Shown: piece by piece, positions 10,756 through 20,997 of the stretch
Layout: each line of letters starts with the position of its first letter
Position numbering within the stretch: the first letter of the stretch is position 1
Virus record (IMG/VR): IMGVR_UViG_3300034196_000153
Direction: 5' to 3' (one strand)
From: an uncultured virus (IMG/VR IMGVR_UViG_3300034196_000153)
Lineage: Duplodnaviria; Heunggongvirae; Uroviricota; Caudoviricetes
DNA: 64,000 nucleotides
Made by a program: the position numbers and the translations under genes
The notes under the pieces: model-generated
What the model saw: only the letters and a program-made list of their open reading frames with translations
What the model was told of the DNA's origin: nothing
The model's database searches: none

Positions 10756-12027
10756 ATGAAACGTAATTATAATATTCATCCATTGTTCAAAGATGACATT
10801 CAACACGCTAAAACATTATTGGCTAAAAAAGGCTATACACTTGATGTAGATCTTTTTACGACGCTTAATGAAAAAAGACTTTCATTGCTTCAAGAAGCAG
10901 AAAGCTATAAAAAAGAAATCAATACGCTCTCAAAGTCTACCCCACGAGACACAGACTTCATTCAAAATATTGCTCGCTCAAAAGAGATGAAAGCTAAACT
11001 TTTGTTGGTTGAACAAGAGTACGTTGTGGCTGAAGAACAATTCGTTGATTACTTCTGTGCTATCCCTAACTTTCCACATGTCAGTGTTCCAGAAGGTGTT
11101 GATGAGCAGGGTAACGTAGAAGTTAAACGTCATCTTGAACCCACTAAGTTTTCACATGATATTAAAGACCATGTGGCATTAGGTGACCGTAAACAGCAAC
11201 TGGATATTAAAGCAGGTGTTGCTCTTTCAGGTAGCCGTTTTATCGTGCTGCGTAATGACATTGCTAAATTGCACCGTGCCTTGATTCAATTTATGTTGGA
11301 CACTCATACCGATGACGGATATCAAGAACACTATGTTCCTTATATTGTGAATGATGACGCTTTGTATGGAACTGGTCAGTTGCCTAAGTTTCAAGAAGAC
11401 CTCTATCAGTTGAAAAACAAAGAGAATGCTTACTTGATCCCAACCGCAGAAGTCCCATTGACAAACTTGTTTGCGGGGCAATTCTTGCCAGAAGCTGACT
11501 TGCCTATTAATATCACTGCTCATACACCTTGCTTCCGTTCAGAAGCTGGCTCATACAGCAAGGATATTGTCGGTCTTATCCGTCAACATCAATTTGAGAA
11601 GGTCGAGCTTGTAAAGATTGTTAAAGCTGATGAATCTTATGTTGAACTTGAAAACATGCTTAATCAGTCAGAGAAGATTTTGCAGTTGCTTAACTTGCCT
11701 TATCGTGTCGTCGCTTTGTGTGGTGGTGATATGGGGTTCTCAGCCGCTAAAACTTATGACATTGAAGTCTGGGTTCCTAGCCAGAACACATATCGTGAGA
11801 TTTCTTCTGTTTCAAACTGTGAAGACTTCCAAGCTCGTAGAATGCTGGCTAAATACAAAACATCAACTGGTAATCATTACGTTCATACATTGAATGGTTC
11901 TGCGTTGGCGGTAGGTCGTTGCTTATTGGCTATCTTGGAAAACTTCCAAAATGAAGATGGATCTGTTAATGTTCCAGAAGTGCTTCAACCTTACATGAGA
12001 AATCAAACAAAAATTTTGGAGCTTTAA
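10756..12027 (+). CDS. serS: Seryl-tRNA synthetase
   Basis: N-terminal coiled coil; GTGQLPKF, LIPTAEVPL, FRSEAGS, GLIRQHQFEKVE, KTYDIEVW, EISSVSNC, HTLNGSALAVGR. Confidence 0.98.
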   Translation: MKRNYNIHPLFKDDIQHAKTLLAKKGYTLDVDLFTTLNEKRLSLLQEAESYKKEINTLSKSTPRDTDFIQNIARSKEMKAKLLLVEQEYVVAEEQFVDYFCAIPNFPHVSVPEGVDEQGNVEVKRHLEPTKFSHDIKDHVALGDRKQQLDIKAGVALSGSRFIVLRNDIAKLHRALIQFMLDTHTDDGYQEHYVPYIVNDDALYGTGQLPKFQEDLYQLKNKENAYLIPTAEVPLTNLFAGQFLPEADLPINITAHTPCFRSEAGSYSKDIVGLIRQHQFEKVELVKIVKADESYVELENMLNQSEKILQLLNLPYRVVALCGGDMGFSAAKTYDIEVWVPSQNTYREISSVSNCEDFQARRMLAKYKTSTGNHYVHTLNGSALAVGRCLLAILENFQNEDGSVNVPEVLQPYMRNQTKILEL

Positions 12028-12861
12028 GTGTCTAAACTCAATTCAAAAGAAATCTGCCAGCCACTGTTAGAACATGCTAAAACAGTGCTGTCGGATGGTT
12101 TGGATCGCCCTTTTGAACAATACACTGTTGATTATGGACACGATGGTTTTTCAATTTTTAAAAATAGAAAGACAGGTTACAAATCGAGTGCTTATAACAT
12201 CCTTAATGCCTACGTGTTACCCTGTGAAAATGGTAACTTTTTAAAAGTAGGCACGGATGGATCTATTGATGACTACAAGAACCTTTATTCAACACTTTTT
12301 AAAGATTCTATTGTGGATGAAGCCTACCTTCAAGCTATTATTCAGAAGTTTTTTGAAGCAGGATTAAGATGGAATCAGTTTGACTCTGTGGAATATCACC
12401 CAAAAGATTTATCCATTGATTCATTAACTTCTGATGACAACCATCGAAGAAAATCAACGAGTAAAAAACATTTGGCAATGTTCTATTATTCAGCTCGTAG
12501 TCGTAAAGCTGAACAACGCCGTCGATTTAGCAATAGAAAAAGTAAAGCAGCCTATTCAGTGTGTACCATGAGTTTAAACATGTCTACTTATACAGGTGAA
12601 TTGTCGCCTGTCTATGTGTTAAATATTCCTTTGTTGGCTGATATTAAGTTGACTATCATGGTGGATGCTAATAAAGGTATTAGTGAAGATGACGTTCAAT
12701 TGTTAGTTTATAAATATGAACGCCGCATTCGTTCTCAGTTGTATGACATCATTAAACGTAATCTTAGACTTAAAGACCATGAGTCATTAGGTGAAGTCAC
12801 TGAATACTCTATGCAGCAACTTGTTGATTATGTGATTGTAACAGAAATGGCTGCTTATTGA
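12028..12861 (+). CDS. Hypothetical protein, MxxI-motif family (ends TEMAAY); abuts the serS stop
   Basis: GTG immediately after serS TAA, GGAG RBS; terminal motif. Confidence 0.75.
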   Translation: MSKLNSKEICQPLLEHAKTVLSDGLDRPFEQYTVDYGHDGFSIFKNRKTGYKSSAYNILNAYVLPCENGNFLKVGTDGSIDDYKNLYSTLFKDSIVDEAYLQAIIQKFFEAGLRWNQFDSVEYHPKDLSIDSLTSDDNHRRKSTSKKHLAMFYYSARSRKAEQRRRFSNRKSKAAYSVCTMSLNMSTYTGELSPVYVLNIPLLADIKLTIMVDANKGISEDDVQLLVYKYERRIRSQLYDIIKRNLRLKDHESLGEVTEYSMQQLVDYVIVTEMAAY

Positions 12862-12912
12862 TTTAACTCTAAAAATATGGTATAATCGTGCCATATTTTG
12901 GAGATTTAATTC

Positions 12913-13674
12913 ATGTCAACTTTATTAGACAATGCTACGTTTATTAAAAACAATATTGTAAAATTTATTGTTGACGTTTTAGTTCGTGAATTAGATTCTT
13001 TTTCTATTGAAGAGAATGCAGATCAAACAGGGGCTATTATTACCTGTTACTACAAAACAGAAAAAAATAAATTGCACTCTATTTCTGCAGATTGTTTACA
13101 CGACACCCAAGAAATTAGTATTAAATCCAGTGCAAACCCCGGACTGATTCGAGACTTCTATTGGTTTTTCATGTCTAAACAAGAAAATGAACAACTACAT
13201 CTTATTAAAGACTCTATCAACGCCATTCTTAGTGAATTTCAGGTAGGTTCAGTGCATATGAAATTTAATGCTCAGCCTATGGGTGAAATTTACCATGATA
13301 AAAAAAGAAAAAGTAAATATTGTATTCATAAAGAAATGTTACAAGGTAAAATTTCATTTGAAAGCCATTTTAATGAATTTTCTTTCATGAACGCACGTCT
13401 TAAAGGTAAACCTTATTACTATTTGGATGGCTCCATATTAAAATCTAGTAAGATGATACAATTTGTTATTACAGCTCAATCATTTTCTCTTGACTTAAAA
13501 GATGATGAAGATTTTTTGAATAGAGTTAATACAATGTGCAGCAGTATTTACGCTATTGTTTTTAAAAACGCAGTTTCTACTATTTCAGAAAAGTTTTGTC
13601 TTGATGATATAAGCTGTTTTTCTGAGGATGATATTAAAGGTTATCTAACACTTATGACTATGGAAAATATTTAA
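12913..13674 (+). CDS. Hypothetical protein, MxxI-motif family (ends TMENI)
   Basis: TGGTATAAT promoter, GGAG RBS. Confidence 0.75.
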   Translation: MSTLLDNATFIKNNIVKFIVDVLVRELDSFSIEENADQTGAIITCYYKTEKNKLHSISADCLHDTQEISIKSSANPGLIRDFYWFFMSKQENEQLHLIKDSINAILSEFQVGSVHMKFNAQPMGEIYHDKKRKSKYCIHKEMLQGKISFESHFNEFSFMNARLKGKPYYYLDGSILKSSKMIQFVITAQSFSLDLKDDEDFLNRVNTMCSSIYAIVFKNAVSTISEKFCLDDISCFSEDDIKGYLTLMTMENI

Positions 13675-14486
13675 TGAACGAATTCACCACCGTTGATAAC
13701 ATTAAACAAGCATTCAGTTTTATACTGGGTGATGATTATTCTCTTAATTTTTATGAAGATCAAAAAACGTTTTATTTGTTTAATACTGTGACCATGAAAA
13801 GAATGCTCACTTTTGAATACGATAAAGAATCTCGTAAATTTAGTTATTATATATTAACTGATTATGATTTTGCTGATACAGCAAGCTCTATTTTCAAACA
13901 AGTGATGGAGTTTAAAACCTGCCAGATGATTTCAGATGCGTTCTTTAATCATGAAATTTCTAAGATTATTTTCAAAGATCCTATTGTTTTTGACGAAAAA
14001 ACGTTTCATCGATCAAAAAACTTGGGTAAACAGATAAAATCTTCTCCTAACTTCTATTACAGAAATGCATGGAATATGATTTTTGTAGAGATGGGTTATA
14101 TTGTAACAGAAAATTTTAACATTAAACCGATTATTGATTTTTGTATCAATTTGCGTGGTTTTGGTAAAATTCGATTTTTTGTTGATGAGGATGCAGGAAC
14201 ATTTACTAAACTATTGGATACAACGCATTACAATTTATGTACAGAACAGCCTGATCTTAGTAATACTGTCGTCAGTATTATCTCATCAGCCGATGTCGGA
14301 GTAAAAGATAGCGTTAATGATGAACCTACTTTGGTTAACCTTAATGATTACATTCAGGATTTCATGATTAAGCTGTCAACTGAGTTATACCCGTTTTATG
14401 TCAATCAATTTAATTTGGTAGACATCAGTAGTGAGGCTAATGGATCTCTTAATGATTTTAAAGTATTGGAGATGTTAAAAGTATGA
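13674..14486 (+). CDS. Hypothetical protein, MxxI-motif family (ends LEMLKV)
   Basis: TAATG coupling; terminal motif. Confidence 0.75.
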   Translation: MNEFTTVDNIKQAFSFILGDDYSLNFYEDQKTFYLFNTVTMKRMLTFEYDKESRKFSYYILTDYDFADTASSIFKQVMEFKTCQMISDAFFNHEISKIIFKDPIVFDEKTFHRSKNLGKQIKSSPNFYYRNAWNMIFVEMGYIVTENFNIKPIIDFCINLRGFGKIRFFVDEDAGTFTKLLDTTHYNLCTEQPDLSNTVVSIISSADVGVKDSVNDEPTLVNLNDYIQDFMIKLSTELYPFYVNQFNLVDISSEANGSLNDFKVLEMLKV

Positions 14487-15262
14487 CAAATAAAAAAGAA
14501 GTCAATCACCTTTTGTTTATTAAAAAGGATTTTAGTCACCTATTGAAAGAAAAATTTAATCTTGATGTGATTGGAACTAATATTAAACATAAAGTCGATA
14601 TGTGTCAGTCTGATGTCATTAAATTTACTGTGTGTTTCAATAATGAGCATAAGTTTATTTATGTCTATATTAATCGACAAGATAAAAAGACTATTCATAT
14701 TTCAACTGATATTAATGAAACCTTTCTTGATGAACTATCTCAACTGCTTTTGCATAAAGATGCTGATTCATTCATCAAAGATTTTAATAAGGGATTTTTA
14801 GACTTTACGAACAAATATAGTTTATTAAAGTCTTCAGATTTTCATGATGAACCCTTCTTTAAATCACAGTTTGGTTTCATTAGATCGTACAGCTCTCATT
14901 CTTATTTTTATGCGATGAGAAGCTATTCGAACCATTTTTTGAATGCTAAATTATACAAAGTTCAAAATTCAATGATTATGATGACCACTAAATTGATGTT
15001 TCAATATTGTGATGGTCAATTTATTGCGTATCCTTATCTTAAAATTAAGTTTGGTTCTGTTGAACATGATATTCATTTGTCGAGTGCTCACACTATGCAG
15101 AATAATCTTGCTGGTTTTTTGACAAAAGTTAAAAATGAAATCGACCCTATTGTGCAAACTCTTTTCAAAAAATTATTTGATATTGATGAAGCAGGTTTTA
15201 AAGCTCTCAATAAAGAATCTTTTGAAGATCACCTCGCCATCATTGCAATGCAGCATATTTGA
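14483..15262 (+). CDS. Hypothetical protein, MxxI-motif family (ends AMQHI)
   Basis: ATGA overlap; terminal motif. Confidence 0.75.
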   Translation: MTNKKEVNHLLFIKKDFSHLLKEKFNLDVIGTNIKHKVDMCQSDVIKFTVCFNNEHKFIYVYINRQDKKTIHISTDINETFLDELSQLLLHKDADSFIKDFNKGFLDFTNKYSLLKSSDFHDEPFFKSQFGFIRSYSSHSYFYAMRSYSNHFLNAKLYKVQNSMIMMTTKLMFQYCDGQFIAYPYLKIKFGSVEHDIHLSSAHTMQNNLAGFLTKVKNEIDPIVQTLFKKLFDIDEAGFKALNKESFEDHLAIIAMQHI

Positions 15263-15277
15263 GATAGGATATTAATA

Positions 15278-16192
15278 ATGAAAAATATTGATCTAACAGC
15301 CTTACTTAGCAGTATCAACAGTGGTGCTGTCAAAGTGACAACTTTTAATCAAGCAACAAAAGATAACAAGGAAAAACAAGAGGCCGCTATGAAAGAATAT
15401 GATCCACTTATAAAACAAATTAGATCTATACTGGTTGATAAGTATGGTCCTAAAACCTATCCTATTGAAATTAATGACCCCTATCAAACTTATGGATTCA
15501 GAATTGTTCTTGAAACTGGTCCTAGACCCTTTGATAATAAATACTTACGAGTTTATAACAATGTGTATGATGGTCAAGCTGTTTATTCAATTTTTAATGA
15601 TAAGATTGATAAAAGTAAAGTTGTTCTCACTTTATTTGAACAGTTGATGGCTGGCCGTGATTTTCCATCTTATATTATGGAGGCTGTTATTGATCGTTAT
15701 ATCAAAGAGACTAATGAATTTGAATTCTTTGAAAAGTTTGAAAAAAGTGCTATTCCACAACAGTTAAAAGATTTTTTCGTAAAGACTAAAACTTACAAAG
15801 ATACAAAAGAGCAACGTTTGTGTAAATCTTATTATGGTTATCTTTCAAAGACTGAGAATTCAAGAAAACAAACGAGCTTTTCATTTTCTCCGTCCAAAGT
15901 AGAAATTGTCTTGCTGCGAGATGAAAAAGGGGGATTCGTGCCGGGATTTTTATTTAACTTACCTGTCTTATCAACTTTAAAATTTAAGTATGCAGTTCCT
16001 ATGTTTTCTGATAATATGGAAGCTTCTATTGATGAGCTATTTGAGAAATTTAATGCTAAATTCATAAAGTGTGTGGTTAATATTATTGGTAGAGCTGAAA
16101 ACTTAAAACTGAAGGAGAAAAAATTAATGATGACCTTGCCAAGAGCCGAGTTAATTGGTCGATTGAAAGTAACTGAGATGTTGACGTATTAA
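15278..16192 (+). CDS. Hypothetical protein, MxxI-motif family (ends TEMLTY)
   Basis: AGGA RBS; terminal motif. Confidence 0.75.
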   Translation: MKNIDLTALLSSINSGAVKVTTFNQATKDNKEKQEAAMKEYDPLIKQIRSILVDKYGPKTYPIEINDPYQTYGFRIVLETGPRPFDNKYLRVYNNVYDGQAVYSIFNDKIDKSKVVLTLFEQLMAGRDFPSYIMEAVIDRYIKETNEFEFFEKFEKSAIPQQLKDFFVKTKTYKDTKEQRLCKSYYGYLSKTENSRKQTSFSFSPSKVEIVLLRDEKGGFVPGFLFNLPVLSTLKFKYAVPMFSDNMEASIDELFEKFNAKFIKCVVNIIGRAENLKLKEKKLMMTLPRAELIGRLKVTEMLTY

Positions 16193-16194
16193 CG

Positions 16195-16986
16195 ATGTCA
16201 AACATTAACCAGACGATTATTGACGCTGTTTCTAAAACCTTTGATGGTCATTTTGTTTCGGCCACATTTTTAAACAGTTCAACACTTTCATTAACTCATC
16301 AGAACAATGAGCCAGTCGCCTTGTTAAATTTTCATGGGAATGTTCTTTCGCGTTCAGTTTTTTATAATGAAGATGTCTATTTATCATGTATTCCAGATAT
16401 TATGTATACCCGAGAAGAAAACAAGCTACTCAAAAAAGCGTTTTCATCTTTTTGCTTGAATGATGCCCTTGTTCATATGATTAAAACTAAGGGGGATTTT
16501 GATTTAAAATCCATTCATCGAGTCGTTACTGTCAACCAACGAGTCGAGCATATGTTTTATAATTCATGTACATTATCAGATATAGATCTTTATCACTCAC
16601 CGAAAAGACACAACTTCTATTATTCTTATGACAAGCGAATGGTTTTAGATAATGCTGGAAAATTTCACCCGATCTTAGTGTTGGATATCTCTTTAAAACA
16701 AAAGACTTATTCAATTTTACTATCGCCTGAACTGAATAAAGCGGCGAATATTTCAACGTTTAGTGGAAATAATGCTGATAGGTGTTTATTGACCTTTGAA
16801 CAATTGTTCGATAATGGTGTTGAGATTAATGATTTAAAGACTGCAATTGATAGTAATTGGACATACGATATTTTCTTTTACTATATTGACATTCTTCTTA
16901 ACGACAGGAAACTGGTTGAGAGTATTTTTGACAGTTGTTCTAATTACGCTGAAATGATGAATTTGGTTGAAATGAATCGTATATAA
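16195..16986 (+). CDS. Hypothetical protein, MxxI-motif family (ends VEMNRI)
   Basis: Long ORF in the operon; terminal motif. Confidence 0.75.
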   Translation: MSNINQTIIDAVSKTFDGHFVSATFLNSSTLSLTHQNNEPVALLNFHGNVLSRSVFYNEDVYLSCIPDIMYTREENKLLKKAFSSFCLNDALVHMIKTKGDFDLKSIHRVVTVNQRVEHMFYNSCTLSDIDLYHSPKRHNFYYSYDKRMVLDNAGKFHPILVLDISLKQKTYSILLSPELNKAANISTFSGNNADRCLLTFEQLFDNGVEINDLKTAIDSNWTYDIFFYYIDILLNDRKLVESIFDSCSNYAEMMNLVEMNRI

Positions 16987-17019
16987 TGTTATACTCATTC
17001 ATTATTTTTGGAGCTTATT

Positions 17020-17817
17020 ATGGAAAATTTTAGAAATGCTGTTTCTGGGGCATTTGATACCAGAACAACAAAAACAACATTTTTTGAATATGAGCAATAT
17101 CCTATGATGGACACGCAAGTTCATATTTTGTTTAAAAAACATAAAAACCCCGTTAATATAGATAAAAAATTTTTAAGTTTTGCTATTTCGCCGGGACAAC
17201 CATTTTTCCATTCAATTTGTCTCAAAGATCTTGCTTTTATAGATAAGTTTAATCAAATGTTTCAAATGCATAAAACATCAAGAGAAGATTTCGTCTTTAT
17301 CAATGACTATCTTCATTCTTTTCATAAAAATGATAATTTTTCAAAATTATTGATAATGAATGATCATATCAAATCTCATGAGTTTTATACTTTCAAAAAA
17401 TTATATATGTTAGAAAAAGACGAGACTAAATATGGTGTAACATCTTGTGTTCACACGTCTTACAGAAGTGTTGCACAATATGAATTTATTAAAAACTTTT
17501 CAATAACCCGTGATGGAGCAATAGCCCTGTTTCCAACTGTTCATTTTTTTAAGCATGTTAATCCATTTTCATTATATTTTAGCCTGTCTAATAAAAAGGT
17601 ATATAAACTTCCAGAAAGTTTAGCTGGCTTAGTGACGTTGGAAGATATTGTAGAAGCCAGCACCCTTTTTACACATCATGACATTGATGTTTTTACAGAT
17701 GAAATATTGATGATGTATGTGTGTAATCTTCATAATGGAGTTTATCAAGAATTTTTAGACATACCACAAGAAAATATTTCTGATAAGATAGATTTATTAC
17801 TAATGACCACTATTTAA
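17020..17817 (+). CDS. Hypothetical protein, MxxI-motif family; related to 50256 and 51982
   Basis: F.(I/L/M)(T/S)(R/K)(D/N)G....P and P......K(I/V)D(L/I)..M..I shared. Confidence 0.75.
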   Translation: MENFRNAVSGAFDTRTTKTTFFEYEQYPMMDTQVHILFKKHKNPVNIDKKFLSFAISPGQPFFHSICLKDLAFIDKFNQMFQMHKTSREDFVFINDYLHSFHKNDNFSKLLIMNDHIKSHEFYTFKKLYMLEKDETKYGVTSCVHTSYRSVAQYEFIKNFSITRDGAIALFPTVHFFKHVNPFSLYFSLSNKKVYKLPESLAGLVTLEDIVEASTLFTHHDIDVFTDEILMMYVCNLHNGVYQEFLDIPQENISDKIDLLLMTTI

Positions 17818-17879
17818 AAATCGTTTACAAAAAAGGCATTCTAATTATCTTAGGTGCCTTTTTTTATTTATTTTAAATA

Positions 17880-18215
17880 TTATTTGACATTTTTCTCTTT
17901 GGAACGTTGGTAATTCATCATTCTTTTTTCCATTTGATAATACCAATGTCTACGTGGATATTGAGCTTTCACTTCGAGCCATGACTTATTGAAAAAGAAA
18001 TCTAGTGTTGCTTGTGGTGTCTCCAATGTTACATATTTTGAACTGATGGATATTGATGAACATCCAAGTTCACCACGACTGTCCACAATCAATCCGTTCA
18101 TATTACGCAGACGTGTAATCGTTAACAATTCATCGTGCATGAAAAAATCGCTGGATTGTTTAAACTTTGTATAGTAATCATACAATGACCACACATACCT
18201 TAATACATTTAACAT
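17880..18215 (-). CDS. Hypothetical protein
   Basis: AGGAG RBS; converging terminator at about 17830-17864. Confidence 0.6.
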   Translation of the reverse strand: MLNVLRYVWSLYDYYTKFKQSSDFFMHDELLTITRLRNMNGLIVDSRGELGCSSISISSKYVTLETPQATLDFFFNKSWLEVKAQYPRRHWYYQMEKRMMNYQRSKEKNVK

Positions 18216-18240
18216 GGTTATCTCCTGTTCAGCAATGTGG

Positions 18241-18837
18241 TTAAATTCTTGCCATCTTTAATAATTCAAAAGCCTGATCATCAAACTGGCTCATGTGCGT
18301 AATTTCTAAGCCAATGCTTTCCCTCAGCATTTCTTGAAATTGTGGATAGATTACGTTTTCATATAACTCTTTATAACTGTAAGCTGTATTTTTCATACCT
18401 AATGTACATTCCATCATTGGCCCAAGCGATATTTCTTTACAAAGGTTGGAATAAGATATGACTTCTTTTTGTTTAATTTCAGGTTCTTTTTTAATTTTCC
18501 TTTCTATATAGGTCGCTTCAAAACCTTTGCTGAAAACATTAAAACCATAGTCTTTAGGTGTATACAAAAAGTAATCAAAATGAGCGTATATATTAAAAAT
18601 TTCGATAATTTTTTCTAAATATTCGTCGTTTTCATCTTCAAAAGCAATGTTAAAAAAGCTTTTGGCGGTGTGTTTATTGATGATAAAAAGACCTTTGTGT
18701 AATCTAATATAGGGTATGTCATTAAAATCAATAAGGACACCTTCCGGTGTACAATTTAATTCACCCGGATTTTTTATTTCTAGAAATTTTCTACTTTTTT
18801 CTTTTATTTTATCAAGTAGCTCTTCTTTGTTTAACAT
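18241..18837 (-). CDS. Hypothetical protein, MxxI-motif family (ends LKMARI)
   Basis: Terminal motif; start uncertain (18837 or 18858). Confidence 0.7.
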   Translation of the reverse strand: MLNKEELLDKIKEKSRKFLEIKNPGELNCTPEGVLIDFNDIPYIRLHKGLFIINKHTAKSFFNIAFEDENDEYLEKIIEIFNIYAHFDYFLYTPKDYGFNVFSKGFEATYIERKIKKEPEIKQKEVISYSNLCKEISLGPMMECTLGMKNTAYSYKELYENVIYPQFQEMLRESIGLEITHMSQFDDQAFELLKMARI

Positions 18838-19000
18838 GCTCTCATTCCGCCTTTTCAATAATTATCAATAAATTTAAAGGAAATTATAACAAAATATGAC
18901 AATGAGGTAAAGCATTATTTAAACACTATTTAAGTTGATTTACTGTTATGTTTTTGATACACTAGCAACCTACTTAAATGATGACTAAGGAAGCTTACAG

Positions 19001-19201
19001 ATGAAACATACCTATCTATTTTGTGGCAAAATGTATTCAATTAGTGGCAATTTGTATAAGCTGGTATCTGTATTGAGTTATGGTTCTGGTTTGCTTCGTG
19101 GTGTTCAACGTTATATTTTTGAACCTGAGAATAAAGCATTGCCTGTTCTTCGTGCTACTCGCTGGGCTGATGGTGAAATTGGGCGAATTTCCCGTTATTA
19201 A
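19001..19201 (+). CDS. Small hypothetical protein
   Basis: AAGGA RBS and upstream TGATACACT -10-like element. Confidence 0.55.
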   Translation: MKHTYLFCGKMYSISGNLYKLVSVLSYGSGLLRGVQRYIFEPENKALPVLRATRWADGEIGRISRY

Positions 19202-19284
19202 AGATAATATGATGAAAATCATTGCTTTACAATACTTGCAAAATGTACTATAATTCACTCATTCATAACGCTTAGGAGCAATAA

Positions 19285-20169
19285 ATGTCTAAAGAAATTC
19301 GTTTCAAAACAGAAATCAAAGATCTGAATCGTGAACTTCTTAAAAAAATTGAAAGCAAAGAAGCTCGCCGTCAAATTAAAGACAACTCGAAAGATTCCAA
19401 TATTTTTGTCATTCGTTTTAATTCAGAAGACAAAGGAAATGCTTTTGAAAAATTGGAACGTGATGTGGACATGACTATTCTTAACTCAGAACGTAGTGAT
19501 GCTGTCTATATGATTATTAAAAGCCCCGGTGGTAGCGTAACTGCTTATGCTAACGCTGCACAGCAAATCAGTCGCCTTCGTGCCCACGGTTTGCATGTGA
19601 CGGCTTTCGTAGATGAAGTGGCCGCAAGTGGTGGTTATATGATGGCTTCTGTGTGTGACCGTATTGTTGCTCAACCGTTTGCTTTTGTTGGCTCTATCGG
19701 CGTTGTTTCTCAAGTGCCTATCTTTGAAGAAGTTTTGAATAAAATTGGTGTGGATGTTCGAGTTTATACGGCTGGTGTTAATAAACGTTCAGTAGTTCCA
19801 ACGAAAACGCCAACTGAAGCTGACGAAACTGTTTTTAAACAAAAGCTTGTTGATATTCATACCGCGTTTAAAAATCATGTATTGAAATATCGTCCAATGA
19901 TTAACCCTGAAAAGTTGATGGAAGGTGATTTCTACATGGCTCAAGATGTTTTAGCTGAAAAGCTGGTTGATGAAATTGGTGATAGCCGCACTGCCATTTT
20001 GAAGGCTTTTAAAGAAGGTGCTCAATTGTATCAAGTGAATACTGATGTAAAAGCGAAAAGTGGTGGTCTGGCGGGTTTGGTGGGTCTTGATGCTATTCTC
20101 GAAACATCCATCGGTAAAGCCATTGATAAACTGTTCTCAATGTCTCAACCAAATGAAAGCATTCGCTAA
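19285..20169 (+). CDS. S49 family serine peptidase, SohB-like, without an obvious N-terminal TM anchor
   Basis: SPGGSV, VDEVAASGGYMMA, AFVGSIGVV motifs. Confidence 0.9.
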   Translation: MSKEIRFKTEIKDLNRELLKKIESKEARRQIKDNSKDSNIFVIRFNSEDKGNAFEKLERDVDMTILNSERSDAVYMIIKSPGGSVTAYANAAQQISRLRAHGLHVTAFVDEVAASGGYMMASVCDRIVAQPFAFVGSIGVVSQVPIFEEVLNKIGVDVRVYTAGVNKRSVVPTKTPTEADETVFKQKLVDIHTAFKNHVLKYRPMINPEKLMEGDFYMAQDVLAEKLVDEIGDSRTAILKAFKEGAQLYQVNTDVKAKSGGLAGLVGLDAILETSIGKAIDKLFSMSQPNESIR

Positions 20170-20183
20170 GAAGTTTTCAACTT

Positions 20184-20211
20184 AAAATATCTCTTCGGAG
20201 ATATTTTTTTT
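20184..20211 (+). terminator. Intrinsic terminator with cUUCGg loop
   Basis: AAAATATCTC-TTCG-GAGATATTTTTTTT; similar cUUCGg terminators near 24530, 30449, 32680, 34620 and 47105. Confidence 0.8.
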
Positions 20212-20235
20212 ATTGATATATTTAAGGAGGTTTAA

Positions 20236-20934
20236 ATGACAGAAAAAACTAACATAGATATTATTAAAGATCATCTTTTAAACAGTCTTTCAGAATTAGC
20301 AGAAGAAGATTTTTTGTATTTTGAACGCTCATTTGAATTGGGAGAATACGTTAACAAATATGCGTTCCCTACATTGAAATATTATTTTGATGAATCCAAT
20401 TGTCATATTTATCTTATTGGACTTAATGATCGTAGATATTTCATTGGTTACTACAGTGATGATAGAGGTCAATTATCAGTTTATGTTCCGATTGGATTCA
20501 TCAACAGAAGCACAATTAACACTATCAATCTATCTGGGGTAACGCCAAGTGCTGAGACGATGATTTTGAAAAATCTTATTTATTTAGATCGATCATCTTA
20601 TTATTTCAAAGGTTTTGAGGTTTTAAATTCGTCGTCGTTCAAATTTTCAGATAAAAATGCTTTACGGTTTGGTTCTCATTTTGTTAAGTATCAAAGTACG
20701 TTTGTTATCTCAAAAAAAGATCAAACTGTGTGTTTTCAACATAACCAGATGCTGTATGCTAAAACGTTAACAGGTGAACGTTATGTCAGCTCTATAATGA
20801 GTCGTAGTTTTAGAACTGAACTGGACAAATATTTAAGCTCTTTTACTTTGTCTTTGTTTGACAAAATGTTTAATAAATTGAACAAAAAGGAACTTTTACT
20901 TTTAAAGATGTATAATATTGGAAACACTTTATAG
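20236..20934 (+). CDS. Hypothetical protein; C-terminal segment shared with membrane proteins 36730 and 37470
   Basis: AAGGAGG RBS; F.K....LN..EL.LLKMYNI. Confidence 0.75.
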   Translation: MTEKTNIDIIKDHLLNSLSELAEEDFLYFERSFELGEYVNKYAFPTLKYYFDESNCHIYLIGLNDRRYFIGYYSDDRGQLSVYVPIGFINRSTINTINLSGVTPSAETMILKNLIYLDRSSYYFKGFEVLNSSSFKFSDKNALRFGSHFVKYQSTFVISKKDQTVCFQHNQMLYAKTLTGERYVSSIMSRSFRTELDKYLSSFTLSLFDKMFNKLNKKELLLLKMYNIGNTL

Positions 20935-20997
20935 TTTAATAACTTATTAATTTTTTTCTTATTGTATGTTATAATGATAAAAAACCACGATTTATTT

